NCBI GenBank assembly: GCA_044229975.1
Contig: JBGARZ010000006.1
Coordinates: 192,001-256,000 of the forward strand
Origin: Polyangiales bacterium
GTDB taxonomy: Bacteria > Myxococcota_A > Polyangia > Polyangiales > Ga0077539
Reading direction: 5' to 3'
DNA length: 64,000 nt
Part shown: one piece after another, positions 8,142-17,497 of the stretch
Layout of the letters: each line of letters begins with the position of its first letter
Position numbering within the stretch: the stretch's first letter is position 1
Notes under the pieces: generated by a model
Told to the model about the DNA's origin: nothing
The model's input: only the letters and a program-made list of their open reading frames with translations
Database searches by the model: none
Program-made: the position numbers and the translations under genes

Positions 8142-9917
8142 ATGGTGATGGACGCGCACGACGACGACGCCGCCGAGGCGCTGCCTCCCGGTACGATCGT
8201 AGGTGGTCGCTTCAAGGTCGAGGGCCTCGCCACGAAGCTGGGCCAGCTCTCGGTGCACCACGCCCGCGACCAGAAGACCCAACGCCTCGTCGCGCTCTGG
8301 CTCATCCCCGCCGGGGCTCTACCCGACGCGCACGTCGAGGCCACGCGCAAGTCGGTGCGCGCCTCGGCCGCGGTGCAGCACGCCGGGCTCATCGCCCCCT
8401 TCGGCACCTCGGTGCTCCCCGACGGAACGCTCTGCGTCGCCACCGAGCCGCTCGGCGACTCCGCCCTCGCGGAGATCATCGAGGCCCGCCGACGCGAGAA
8501 CAAACCCCACTCTCCCATCGAGGCGTACGAGTTCGTCGCGAGCGTCACCACCGCGCTCGACGCTGCGCACGGCTGGGTCGCCCACGGGGCCATCGCGCCG
8601 GAGATCATCCGCTTCGACGGCGGCCGCGTGCGCCTCGCGGGCCTCGGGTTGCTGACTCCGCTCGTGCTGCTCGACGCGGTGTCCACGCGCTACGTCGCCC
8701 CGGAGGTTCGCAACGGGCAGTCGCCGACGCCCGCGTCGGACGTGTACTCGGTCGGCGTGGTGCTCTACGAGCTCCTCACCAACAAGCCCTTCGACCGGCG
8801 CGTACGGCTCACCGAGGCGATGCCGGGAACTCCCATCACCATCGAGGTGATTCTCGACAACTGCGTATCGGCCGACCCCGCCGACCGCTTCGAGAGCATG
8901 GCCGAGCTCCAGAACGCCCTCGGCGCCGTGGCCTCGCCCGACAAGGCCGTGGTGGTGTCGCGCAAGGCGGCGCCCGGTGAGATTCCGGTGGTGTTCGACC
9001 TGCCCGAGGCGGGCGACATCCCGGTCGTCTACGACATCCCGGACGCGGCGCGCGGGTCCGATGCCGACCTCGGATCGCTCCTCCAGGTGGCGACGACGGG
9101 TGATGCCGATCGGTGGATGTTCTCGCACGGCGGACTCGACCACGGGCCGCTGTCGGCGCGCGAGCTCATCGCGGCCATCGTGCGCCACGAGGTGATGAAC
9201 GACGACGCCGTCACCAACATGGAGACGGGCGAGCGGCGCAAGCTCATCGACTGGCCGCAGTACGTGGAGTTCGTCGAGACGGCGGCCGACAAGCGAACCA
9301 TCGACAAGCGCCAGGCGGCGACGTCGCACGCGATCGTCGAGGCGGGGCACGCGAGGCGCAGCAAGGCCATCGTCACGGGCGCCGTGGGCATGGCGCTGGT
9401 GATGGTGGGGGCGGTGTTCTGGTTCACGGTGGGGCCGGGGTCGAAGAAGACCCGCACGGCGGCGGAGATCGACAGCCTCATCGCGCGCGGCGACCTGCGG
9501 GTGCAGACGTCCAACATCACGCTGCTGCCGCCGCCGCCACCGTCGGCGCACCACTCGGGTGGCGGAGGCGGAGGCGGCGGTCACGGCGGGTCGATGAGCT
9601 ACGAAGCGGCGATGGCGCAGCCCATCGACTTCAACTTCGCGGGCGGCGGCGGCCCCTCCGGCGGAACGCTCTCCGACAGCGAGATCATGCGCCCGCTCAA
9701 CGGCGCGCTGTCGCGTCTGGCGGGCTGTCTGGGTGACGGCAGCGCGCGCAACGTGACGCTGCGCATCGCCATCGGCGGCAACGGTCGGGCGATGGGCGTG
9801 ACGGTCAACAACGGGTCGGCGGGCGTGAAGGGCTGCGTGTCGAGCACGATCCGCGGACTGTCCTGGCGGGCGTTCGGCGGGCCGCGCGTGGGCTTGAGCT
9901 GGGGCTTCGGGTTCTGA
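8142..9917 (+). CDS. Ser/Thr kinase-like (probable pseudokinase) + GYF_2-like domain + TM helix + AgmX/TonB-C-like domain
   Basis: YVAPE, SDVYSVGVVLYELLT and DPADRF retained but catalytic motifs degenerate; WMFSHGGLDHGPLS GYF-like motif; hydrophobic segment; two-Cys C-terminal domain. Confidence 0.7.
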   Translation: MVMDAHDDDAAEALPPGTIVGGRFKVEGLATKLGQLSVHHARDQKTQRLVALWLIPAGALPDAHVEATRKSVRASAAVQHAGLIAPFGTSVLPDGTLCVATEPLGDSALAEIIEARRRENKPHSPIEAYEFVASVTTALDAAHGWVAHGAIAPEIIRFDGGRVRLAGLGLLTPLVLLDAVSTRYVAPEVRNGQSPTPASDVYSVGVVLYELLTNKPFDRRVRLTEAMPGTPITIEVILDNCVSADPADRFESMAELQNALGAVASPDKAVVVSRKAAPGEIPVVFDLPEAGDIPVVYDIPDAARGSDADLGSLLQVATTGDADRWMFSHGGLDHGPLSARELIAAIVRHEVMNDDAVTNMETGERRKLIDWPQYVEFVETAADKRTIDKRQAATSHAIVEAGHARRSKAIVTGAVGMALVMVGAVFWFTVGPGSKKTRTAAEIDSLIARGDLRVQTSNITLLPPPPPSAHHSGGGGGGGGHGGSMSYEAAMAQPIDFNFAGGGGPSGGTLSDSEIMRPLNGALSRLAGCLGDGSARNVTLRIAIGGNGRAMGVTVNNGSAGVKGCVSSTIRGLSWRAFGGPRVGLSWGFGF

Positions 9918-9928
9918 GGGAGAGAGGG

Positions 9929-10669
9929 TTGATGGGGTGGACGTCGCATCCCCTCGCTAACGCTCAGGGTCTGGTGCTCGCGTTGCTCCTCGCGGGCTGC
10001 GAGGAGGTTCCGCTGATGACGGGCGCGGCGGAGGCCGAGGCCAACCGCGCGGTGGCGGTGCTCGATCACGCGGGCGTGGCGGCGACGAAGACGGGCGCCG
10101 CGGGGAGCTGGACGGTGACTGTCGGGCGCGACGACGTGGCGCGCTCGGTGGCGCTGCTGTCGGACGAGGCGCTGCCGGGGAGAGCGGCGCCGGGCGTGGC
10201 GGAGACCTACGCGGGCGGTGGGCTACTGCGCGGCGTGGCGGAGGACGCGCTGCGGGCCGAGCACGCGCGGGCGGGCGAGCTGGCGCGCACGCTGATGGCG
10301 CTCGACGGGGTGATCGACGCGCGGGTGCACGTGGCGACGCCCGAGCGGGACGCGCTGTCGGGCGACGACGACCGTGCACGGCCGCGGGCGTCGGTGCTGC
10401 TGCGAACGCGCGGCGAGGTGGACACCGCGGCGGTGCAGCGGCTCGTGGCCGGCGGCGTGGAGGGGCTGCGGGCGGACGACGTGACGGTGGTGGTGACGCG
10501 ACGGCGCGCAGTGGGGACGGCGGGCGCGGTGCTGGCGACGGTGGGTCCGTTCGCGGTGGCGCGAGGGAGCGCCGGGGCGCTGCGGGCGACGCTCGCGGGG
10601 ATGATTGGAGCGTTCGTGGCGCTGAGCGGCTTCGTGACGTGGCGGGAGCTGCGACGACGGAAGGGTTGA
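9929..10669 (+). CDS. sctJ: Type III secretion inner-ring lipoprotein SctJ/YscJ-like (orphan)
   Basis: Lipobox LAGC; EAEANRAVAVL, GELARTLMALDGVIDARVHV, ASVLL; C-terminal TM followed by RRRK. Confidence 0.75.
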   Translation: MMGWTSHPLANAQGLVLALLLAGCEEVPLMTGAAEAEANRAVAVLDHAGVAATKTGAAGSWTVTVGRDDVARSVALLSDEALPGRAAPGVAETYAGGGLLRGVAEDALRAEHARAGELARTLMALDGVIDARVHVATPERDALSGDDDRARPRASVLLRTRGEVDTAAVQRLVAGGVEGLRADDVTVVVTRRRAVGTAGAVLATVGPFAVARGSAGALRATLAGMIGAFVALSGFVTWRELRRRKG

Positions 10670-10753
10670 CGCGACTGGTCCATCGTCATGGGCGCCCGAT
10701 CGGCGTTTGACGCCCGCGGCGTCGCGGCCGATGCTCTCGTGAGCTCCACTCTC

Positions 10754-11770
10754 ATGCTGTCGCACCGCGCGCGCCGTATCCTCCTCGCTGCCGTCGGAGA
10801 CTTCATCTCCACGGGTGAGCCCGTCGCGTCGCGCACCCTCTCGCGGCTGCACGACATCGAGCTCTCATCGGCGTCCGTCCGCGCGGTCTTCGCCGAGCTC
10901 GAAGCCGGCGGCTACCTCACCAAGCCTCACGCCTCTGCGGGTCGCGTCCCCACCGACAAGGGTCTGCGCGTCTTCGCCGAGGCGATGATCGTCGTGGCCG
11001 AGGGCAAGACCGCGGGCGACGACGGCGCAACATGGGCGGCCAGCGATCCGGGCTTCGACGCCGCCCTTCGTCACACCACGCGCGTGCTCGCCATGCTCAG
11101 CGGCTCGGCCGCGCTGCTCCGTCCGCCGCCGGGCGAGAGCTGGGTGCTGCGCGACCTGCGGTTCATCGCGCTGCGTGAGCGCGAAGTGTTGGCCGTGGTG
11201 GTCGCCACCAACGGCGCCGTGGAAAACCGCGTGCTCGCCCTCGCCGCGCCGCTCTCGGCCGCGGAGCTGGAGCGCGCCAACAACATGATCCACGCGCGGG
11301 TGCAGGGGATGACCCTCGCGCAGGTGCGGGCGGCGCTGGCCGACGAGCTCGCGCTGGAACGCTCGCGCGGAACTCGCCTGGAGGGCGTAGCGCTCTCGCT
11401 GGGTCAGCAGGCGCTGGCGGCGATCACGGCGCGCAGCGAGGTGCTGGTGGAGGGCACGGCGCAGCTCATCGCGCGGCCGGAGTTTGCGAGCGCCGAGAGC
11501 ACGCGGCAGCTCGTGCTGGCGCTGGAAGACCAGGAGCTGCTGCTCGACCTGCTCGACCGAACCATGGCCGCGCGGGGGATGCAGGTCGTGTTCGGCGGCG
11601 CGGACAACGCGATGGGGAGTGATCTGTCGCTGGTGGCGACGAGCTTCGGCGGCGGGGCCGTCGGGGTCATCGGCTCGACGCGCATGGACTACGGGCAGGT
11701 GGCGCCGCTGGTGAGGCAGGCCGCGACGCAGCTCTCGGACGTGCTGGGCGGGCGCACGCCGAAGGACTGA
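10754..11770 (+). CDS. hrcA: Heat-inducible transcription repressor HrcA
   Basis: TGEPVASRTL, LSSASVR, KPHASAGRVPTDKGLR, GVIGSTRMDY. Confidence 0.93.
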   Translation: MLSHRARRILLAAVGDFISTGEPVASRTLSRLHDIELSSASVRAVFAELEAGGYLTKPHASAGRVPTDKGLRVFAEAMIVVAEGKTAGDDGATWAASDPGFDAALRHTTRVLAMLSGSAALLRPPPGESWVLRDLRFIALREREVLAVVVATNGAVENRVLALAAPLSAAELERANNMIHARVQGMTLAQVRAALADELALERSRGTRLEGVALSLGQQALAAITARSEVLVEGTAQLIARPEFASAESTRQLVLALEDQELLLDLLDRTMAARGMQVVFGGADNAMGSDLSLVATSFGGGAVGVIGSTRMDYGQVAPLVRQAATQLSDVLGGRTPKD

Positions 11771-11848
11771 AGAGCGCTTGCGCGAGGCGCGGCGGGGCAC
11801 CTAGGCTCATCGCGTGAACGGCCATTCAGCGGCCGCGAGGGAGATACC

Positions 11849-13018
11849 ATGGCGACGCCGTACACCGAGTCTCACCAGATGTTTCGGAAGACCGTTCGGG
11901 ACTTCTGCGAGCGCGAGCTGCGCCCGCACATGGACCAGTGGGAAGACGACGAGATGTTTCCGCGGTGGGTCTTCGAGAAGGCCGGCGAGCTGGGCATCTT
12001 CGGCGCGCACTACCCCGAGGCGCACGGCGGAAGTGGAGGCGACTACTGGTACTCCATCGCCAAGGGCGAGGAGCTTCCGCGCTGCGGTTCGGCGGGTGTT
12101 CCGATGGCGCTCATGGTGCAGAGCGACATGGCGACGCCGGTGCTCTCCGACCTCGGCTCGCCCGAGCAGATCGAGGAGTTCCTGAAGCCCGCGCTCCGCG
12201 GCGAGAAGATCGCGGCGCTGGGCGTGAGCGAGCCGGGCTGCGGGTCGGACGTGGCGGCCATGCGGACGTGGGCGCGCAAGGACGGCGACGACTACGTCAT
12301 CAACGGGTCGAAGACCTTCATCACCAACGGCACGCGCGCGGACTTCATCACGCTGATGCTGAAGACGCAGCCCGAGGCGGGGCACGCGGGCATCTCCATC
12401 GTGACCTTTCCCACCAACGTGAAGGGCTTCCACGTCAGCAAGAAGCTGAAGAAGATCGGCAACTGGTCGAGCGACACGGCGGAGCTGTTCTTCGAGGACT
12501 GCCGCATCCCGCAGCGCTACCTGCTGGGCGAGGAGGGCGAAGGCTTCCGCTACCTGATGCAGAACTTCCAGAGCGAGCGGCTCATCGCGTCGGCGTCGGC
12601 GACGGCGGGCTCGAAGCTCAACCTCGAAGCGGGCATCGCGTACGGGCGCGACCGGAGCGCGTTTGGCAAGCCGATCATCAAGCGCGAGGTGTGGCAGCAC
12701 AAGATCGTCGACCTCGCGACGAAGCTCGAAGCGTGCGAGGCGCTGACCTACCGCGCGGCCGACGCGTACAACCAGGAGCGCTACGTCGACGGGCAGCAGG
12801 TGAGCTTCGAGACGACCAAGTTGATCTCGATGGCGAAGGCCTTCGTGGGCGACGTGGTCAGCGAGGTGGCCGATGCGATGGTGCAGTTCCACGGGGGCTG
12901 GGGGTACATCGAGGAGTATCACGTGGCGCGCGCGTGGCGGGACCAGCGGCTCTTCCGACTGGGCGGCGGGACGACCGAGACGCTGCGCTACTACATCGCC
13001 AAGCTGATGGGGCTGTAG
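11849..13018 (+). CDS. Acyl-CoA dehydrogenase
   Basis: SEPGCGSD, YVINGSKTFITNG, QFHGGWGYIEEY, GGGTTE. Confidence 0.95.
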   Translation: MATPYTESHQMFRKTVRDFCERELRPHMDQWEDDEMFPRWVFEKAGELGIFGAHYPEAHGGSGGDYWYSIAKGEELPRCGSAGVPMALMVQSDMATPVLSDLGSPEQIEEFLKPALRGEKIAALGVSEPGCGSDVAAMRTWARKDGDDYVINGSKTFITNGTRADFITLMLKTQPEAGHAGISIVTFPTNVKGFHVSKKLKKIGNWSSDTAELFFEDCRIPQRYLLGEEGEGFRYLMQNFQSERLIASASATAGSKLNLEAGIAYGRDRSAFGKPIIKREVWQHKIVDLATKLEACEALTYRAADAYNQERYVDGQQVSFETTKLISMAKAFVGDVVSEVADAMVQFHGGWGYIEEYHVARAWRDQRLFRLGGGTTETLRYYIAKLMGL

Positions 13019-13038
13019 GCCCGAGCGACGAGAGAGCA

Positions 13039-13106
13039 CCGGACGGACCCGAGCGTGAGCCGCGACGGGTCCGTGCCGGACAGACCCCGAGCGTGAGCGA
13101 AGGGGG
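13039..13106. repeat. Two tandem REP-like hairpins sharing cccgagcgtgagc
   Basis: Stem acggacccg/cgggtccgt (13043-13074) and cccc...ggggg hairpin (13085-13106); the 13-mer occurs at 13048 and 13086. Confidence 0.65.
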
Positions 13107-13161
13107 CGCGACCACCCACACCGACAGTTGTCGATCAACCCTTCGAGGGACAGGAAGGCAG

Positions 13162-14394
13162 ATGGCGATACACCTATCTAAAGGGCGGAGGACCTTCGTC
13201 TCTAGCTGCCTTGCCGACATCTCCATCACCAACCTCAAGACGCTCTCGCTTCTCGACTGGCAGTTTCCTGATGCGCGCCCCGGTTGGCACGTTCTGCTCG
13301 GACCCAACGCATCCGGCAAGACCTCCGTCCTTCGCGCCGTCGCTGCGGCGCTCTTGCCTGGCAACGAACTCGGTGCCCTCCGCCAAGACTGGCGAAGTTG
13401 GGTCCGCGAGGGCTCCACCATTGCCACTGTCGCAATCACCGTCCGTGGGTCTCAGATGGCGATGGGATGGCAGATCGACGGCGAGACACTCACCAAGAGC
13501 GGCCACACCTACGACGGCTTCTCGGCCGCCTACGGCCCGTTCCGACGCTTCACAGGAGGCGATTCGGAGTACCAGCGCGAGCTCTCCGCTCACGGCCGCC
13601 TCCTTCGCCACCTCTCGCTCTTCAGCGAGCGCGTCGCCCTGTCCGCCGCCCTCGACTGGCTCAAGGATCTCGAGTTCCGCCTCGCCAAGGATCTCCCCGA
13701 GGGCGCCCTCGCCGCCCCCATCAAGCGCTTCATCAACGAGACGGGGCTCCTCCCCGACGGTGCGCGTCTGGAGCGCGTCGACCCCAACGGTGTGTGGTTC
13801 CGCGACGCCAACGGCGCCGAGGTCCCCGCAGACGACCTGAGCGACGGCTACCGCGCGGTGCTCAGCCTCGCGCTCGACCTTCTGCGCCACCTCGCCGTCG
13901 GTCGCACTCCCGAGGAACTCTTCGTCGAGCGCGACGGCGAACTCTCTGTGGCCGTCGAGGCCGTGGTGCTCATCGACGAGATCGACGCCCACCTCCACCC
14001 GACGTGGCAGCAGCGCATCGGCCCGTGGTTCGTGAAGCGCTTCCCGCGCGTGCAGTTCATCGTCGCGACCCACAGCGCGATCGTCTGCCAGTCGGCCGAC
14101 TCGGTGCTGCTCCTCCCGACCCCCGGAACCAACGACGAACCGCGCATGCTCACCGAAGCCGAGCTTCAGCGCCTTCGCTACGGTGACCTCATCGACGCCT
14201 ACGGCACCGGTGTCTTCGGCGAGGGCGTGACCCGCTCCCCCGAGTCGCGCAAGAAGCTCGCTCGCCTCGCCGCGCTCAACACCACCGAGCTCGAACGCCC
14301 CCTCACCGACGCCGAGCGCGCCGAGCAACTCGACCTGCGAGCGGTGCTTCCCTCGACCGCCTTCGTCGACGAGATGGCAGGCGACGCGTCGTGA
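13162..14394 (+). CDS. ABC-type AAA ATPase (AAA_21 / PtuA-like)
   Basis: Walker A GPNASGKT, LSDGY signature, Walker B VLIDEIDAHLHP, QFIVATHS; real gene is only the 3' part of ORF 11938..14394. Confidence 0.85.
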   Translation: MAIHLSKGRRTFVSSCLADISITNLKTLSLLDWQFPDARPGWHVLLGPNASGKTSVLRAVAAALLPGNELGALRQDWRSWVREGSTIATVAITVRGSQMAMGWQIDGETLTKSGHTYDGFSAAYGPFRRFTGGDSEYQRELSAHGRLLRHLSLFSERVALSAALDWLKDLEFRLAKDLPEGALAAPIKRFINETGLLPDGARLERVDPNGVWFRDANGAEVPADDLSDGYRAVLSLALDLLRHLAVGRTPEELFVERDGELSVAVEAVVLIDEIDAHLHPTWQQRIGPWFVKRFPRVQFIVATHSAIVCQSADSVLLLPTPGTNDEPRMLTEAELQRLRYGDLIDAYGTGVFGEGVTRSPESRKKLARLAALNTTELERPLTDAERAEQLDLRAVLPSTAFVDEMAGDAS

Positions 14395-15206
14395 TCCGCG
14401 TGGTCGACCCCGGCCTCGACGCTGCGACCCTCGCCCGACTCCGATCTCACCAGGACGAGGTCGATGGTTCGGGCGCCTACCCGACGCAGGTCGAGGCCGC
14501 GGCGCGGATGTACGGCGAGAAGGGCCGCAGCGATCGATCGCCGTTTCGCGAGGTGCGCTCCACCCTGCGCGGGATGTGCAGCGGCCTGGAGCGCTGCATG
14601 TACTGCGAGGACGCGCCGGCCAACGAGGTCGAGCACGTGCGCCCGAAGAGCCTCTACCCCGAGCTCACCTTCCGCTGGGAGAACTTCCTGTACGCGTGCG
14701 GCCCCTGCAACGGACCGAAGAACAACCGCTTCAAGCTGTTCGTCCCCCCAGGAGCGACGTCCGAGCACGAAGCCGCGCGCAAGAGCGGGTCACCCATCGT
14801 CGCTCCACCAACGGGCGACCCCCTGCTGCTCGACCCCCGCGTCGACGACCCCCTCGACTACTTCCTCCTCGACCTCGGCGGAACCTTCCTCTTCGTCGAG
14901 CGTCATCCCGTCGGGAGCCGCGAGCGACGACGCGCCGAGTACACCCTCGCTCTTCTCCGTCTCAATGAGCGCGACGTGTTGGTGAGGGCACGGCGCACCG
15001 CCTTCGGCCACCTCCGCAACGCTCTGCGCAGCTACATCGCGGATCGCGACAACCACGCCGATTCTGTCGAACTCGCCGCGCACGCGGAGACGGTTCGCAA
15101 CACCAACCACGCAACGGTCTGGGCGGAGATGAAGCGTCAACATACGAAGATCGGTAAGCTCAATGAGCTCTTCACCGCAGCCCCCGAAGCGCTTGCCTGG
15201 TCGTAG
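14391..15206 (+). CDS. HNH endonuclease (PtuB / TIGR02646-like)
   Basis: CMYCE...EVEHVRPK...WENFLYACGPCN..K; LLDPRVDDP; GTGA overlap with the ATPase gene. Confidence 0.85.
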   Translation: MIRVVDPGLDAATLARLRSHQDEVDGSGAYPTQVEAAARMYGEKGRSDRSPFREVRSTLRGMCSGLERCMYCEDAPANEVEHVRPKSLYPELTFRWENFLYACGPCNGPKNNRFKLFVPPGATSEHEAARKSGSPIVAPPTGDPLLLDPRVDDPLDYFLLDLGGTFLFVERHPVGSRERRRAEYTLALLRLNERDVLVRARRTAFGHLRNALRSYIADRDNHADSVELAAHAETVRNTNHATVWAEMKRQHTKIGKLNELFTAAPEALAWS

Positions 15207-15235
15207 CTGACGCGACGCGACGCCGGTTGATCCCG

Positions 15236-16537
15236 CTACCGCGCGAGCGCGACGCCGCCTGCGAGCCGCGCGGTCACCGAGCGTCGCAGGTTGGCGGGCG
15301 CCCTCTTCAAGATCGCCGGCCACCCATCGAGAGCGCTCCGCACCGTCTGCTTCGCGATCGCGACGAGGCGCGGGGCGCGCGGCACGTTGGCCTTGTCGAT
15401 CAACGCGCGCAGACGCACCCAGTCGAGCTCCGAGAGCGTCCGGTCGACCTTCCGGTTGAGCGCGTACTCGTGCTCGCCGACCTCGTCGAACCACGCCGTC
15501 ACGCACGCGGGGTCGTAGAGCGGAGAGAGCTTCGGCGTCCTCCCGTCGGGGTAGATCAGCGCCCAGTTCTTGAGGTGCGCATCGACGTTGCCCATGAGCG
15601 TGAAGGCCACCAGCCGACGCACGGCCTCCTGCACGTCGCCGCTCGGATTGGACGACAGCCGGTCGAGCAGCGTCAGCATGCGCGGGAAGTCATCGTCCAG
15701 GCCGGTGCCGTACTTCCGCTTCGGGGCGTAGCCCATCGCCTGGGCCATCTCCTCCATGTGAACGCGGCGCCCGCCGTCGCTGCGGTCGAAGCGCTTGACC
15801 GCGAGCACGTGTGGGAACTCCACCCGCTCTGGCAGATCGGCGTCGCGCGCAGGGATGCGGGTCGCCTCGGCGCAGTCGAGGTCGAGCGCCTGCGCGAGCC
15901 GGTAGCCGGTGAGCTCGTTGTCGACGAGGTCGGGGTGACGGGTCGACGGGAGCTTGAGAATGTACGAGCCCGCCTCGCCGCGGCGCCGCGCGACATACCG
16001 ACGCCCGTCCTTGATGGCCGAGAACTTGGTCACCACCCCGGCGAGACTCGCCGCATCTTCGACGGGGCTTTGCACCACCTCGCGCACGACGTGCTCGGCA
16101 CCCACCGCCGCATGCCACGCGACGACCGAGTTCGGCAGCTTCGTCGTGACGGGCACCGGCTCGACCTCGACGGCGCCCATGAGGTCGCGCCCCGCCGCGG
16201 CGAGGAGCTCGAACTCGTCGTCGACATCACACCCGCGCTCGCGGGCGAGGCGCTCGCGGTTGTTCCCTTCGGGGAGCAGGTTGGCGAACCACGTCGGCCA
16301 GCGCCCGTCGACCCGCACGAGCCGCTCGTCGCTCGTTGCTCGGAGAATCGCGCGCGTGGCCTCCTCACTCGCACCGCGATACTGGAGCGAGAGCGTGGGG
16401 CGCATCGGGTCGTCGACGTAGGCGTCGTCGAAGGAGACGCGCAGGTAGTCGCCGAGGCGCGAGAGATAGCCGATGGCCCGCCGCCCGCCGTCGGGGAGGC
16501 GGAGATACAGGCGCAGGTACTGGACGGTCGTCGTCAC
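15236..16537 (-). CDS. hipA: HipA family toxin kinase
   Basis: WFANLLPEG, SLAGVVTKF, YILKLP, VKRFDR, GNVDAHLKNW, LSPLYD. Confidence 0.92.
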   Translation of the reverse strand: MTTTVQYLRLYLRLPDGGRRAIGYLSRLGDYLRVSFDDAYVDDPMRPTLSLQYRGASEEATRAILRATSDERLVRVDGRWPTWFANLLPEGNNRERLARERGCDVDDEFELLAAAGRDLMGAVEVEPVPVTTKLPNSVVAWHAAVGAEHVVREVVQSPVEDAASLAGVVTKFSAIKDGRRYVARRRGEAGSYILKLPSTRHPDLVDNELTGYRLAQALDLDCAEATRIPARDADLPERVEFPHVLAVKRFDRSDGGRRVHMEEMAQAMGYAPKRKYGTGLDDDFPRMLTLLDRLSSNPSGDVQEAVRRLVAFTLMGNVDAHLKNWALIYPDGRTPKLSPLYDPACVTAWFDEVGEHEYALNRKVDRTLSELDWVRLRALIDKANVPRAPRLVAIAKQTVRSALDGWPAILKRAPANLRRSVTARLAGGVALAR

Positions 16538-16845
16538 GCGACGGGCTTCGTGAGCACGTCGACGATGGAGGGCGGCGCGCCGACCCCGGCGGGCTGCGCG
16601 ATCGCCCGGGCGCCCGCGCGGACGAAGGTCTCGACGGGTTCTTTGTAGGCGCTCGGGACGAGCACGAGGTCGAGGTCGAGCGCCCGCAACAGAACCACCA
16701 GCGTCGACACGCGCGGGTCGATGGTGCCCGCCTCCAGCTTCTGGATGGTCATGCGAGAAACACCAGCGCGCTGCGCGAGCTCCTCCTGACTCAGACCGGC
16801 CGCACGACGCGCATCTCGGATCGCCTTGGCGTGAGAAAAGATCAC
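16534..16845 (-). CDS. XRE HTH antitoxin (HipB-like)
   Basis: RRAAGLSQEELAQRAGVSRMTIQKLEAG; immediately upstream of and overlapping hipA. Confidence 0.88.
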   Translation of the reverse strand: MIFSHAKAIRDARRAAGLSQEELAQRAGVSRMTIQKLEAGTIDPRVSTLVVLLRALDLDLVLVPSAYKEPVETFVRAGARAIAQPAGVGAPPSIVDVLTKPVA

Positions 16846-16886
16846 GATCGTTAGCTTATCATCCCATAATGCTAACGATCGTGATC
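16840..16886. promoter_or_regulatory. Putative antitoxin operator: 16-bp inverted repeat with 15-bp spacer
   Basis: gatcacgatcgttagc (16840-16855) / gctaacgatcgtgatc (16871-16886); each arm has a palindromic acgatcgt core; overlaps the antitoxin start codon. Confidence 0.75.
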
Positions 16887-16894
16887 AAAACACC

Positions 16895-17467
16895 TCAATG
16901 CACCCGCGGCGTGGGCTCTGCCTTCGCCAGGATCTCCGCCTCGCGCTCGGCCAGGAAGCCCATGCGCCAGCGCGCCTTCTCCTCGCCGAAGATCTCCTCC
17001 GCCAGCGACGCGAACAGCCGGTGGTGCCTCGCCTCCGACGCGAACAGCTCGCGGTACCACCCGCGCATCGCGTCCGTCGGCGCGTGCGCCGCCAGCAGAC
17101 CGAAGCGCTCGCACGAGCGCGCCTCGATGATCGCCGCCACCGACAGCCGATCGAGCAACGCATCACAGCGCTTGTCCGCCAGCGCCCTCCGCATCGAGCT
17201 CGCGTAGACGTCCTCCGCCGGGGGACGCGCCTCGACGCCGCGAGCCGTCATCGCGTCGTACACCTGCGTGACGTGGCCGAGCTCCTCCTGGGCGAGCGCC
17301 GTGAGCTCGCGCACGAGCCGCGGGTGCATCGCGTAGCGGGCCACCAGCGACGTCGCGTTGGACGCCGCCTTGAGCTCGCAGTGCAGGTGGTCGAGGAGCA
17401 CCGCGTCGAGGTTCGCGAGGGCGACCTCGACCCAGCGCGGGTCGGTGGTGGAGAGCAGTCCGAGCAT
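16895..17467 (-). CDS. miaE: tRNA-(ms2io6A37) hydroxylase MiaE-like ferritin-fold protein
   Basis: TDPRW, LLDHLHCELKAA, LAQEELGH, IIEARSCERF, SEARH, C-terminal RVH. Confidence 0.88.
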   Translation of the reverse strand: MLGLLSTTDPRWVEVALANLDAVLLDHLHCELKAASNATSLVARYAMHPRLVRELTALAQEELGHVTQVYDAMTARGVEARPPAEDVYASSMRRALADKRCDALLDRLSVAAIIEARSCERFGLLAAHAPTDAMRGWYRELFASEARHHRLFASLAEEIFGEEKARWRMGFLAEREAEILAKAEPTPRVH

Positions 17468-17497
17468 GGCGCGCGAGGAGTACCATCGACGGTCGCC

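Noticed and set aside
13019..13161. Retron msr-msd upstream of the ATPase+HNH pair
   Set aside because: No reverse transcriptase in the window, and the short hairpins look like REP-type repeats
11938..13161. 818-aa fusion ORF 11938..14394
   Set aside because: The 5' half is an Arg-rich off-frame shadow of the acyl-CoA dehydrogenase; only the ATPase part is credible
16851..16875. CIRCE element (TTAGC...GCTAA), tempting because hrcA is nearby
   Set aside because: Spacing is 15 nt instead of 17, the ACTC/GAGT core is missing, and the repeat is better explained as the antitoxin operator
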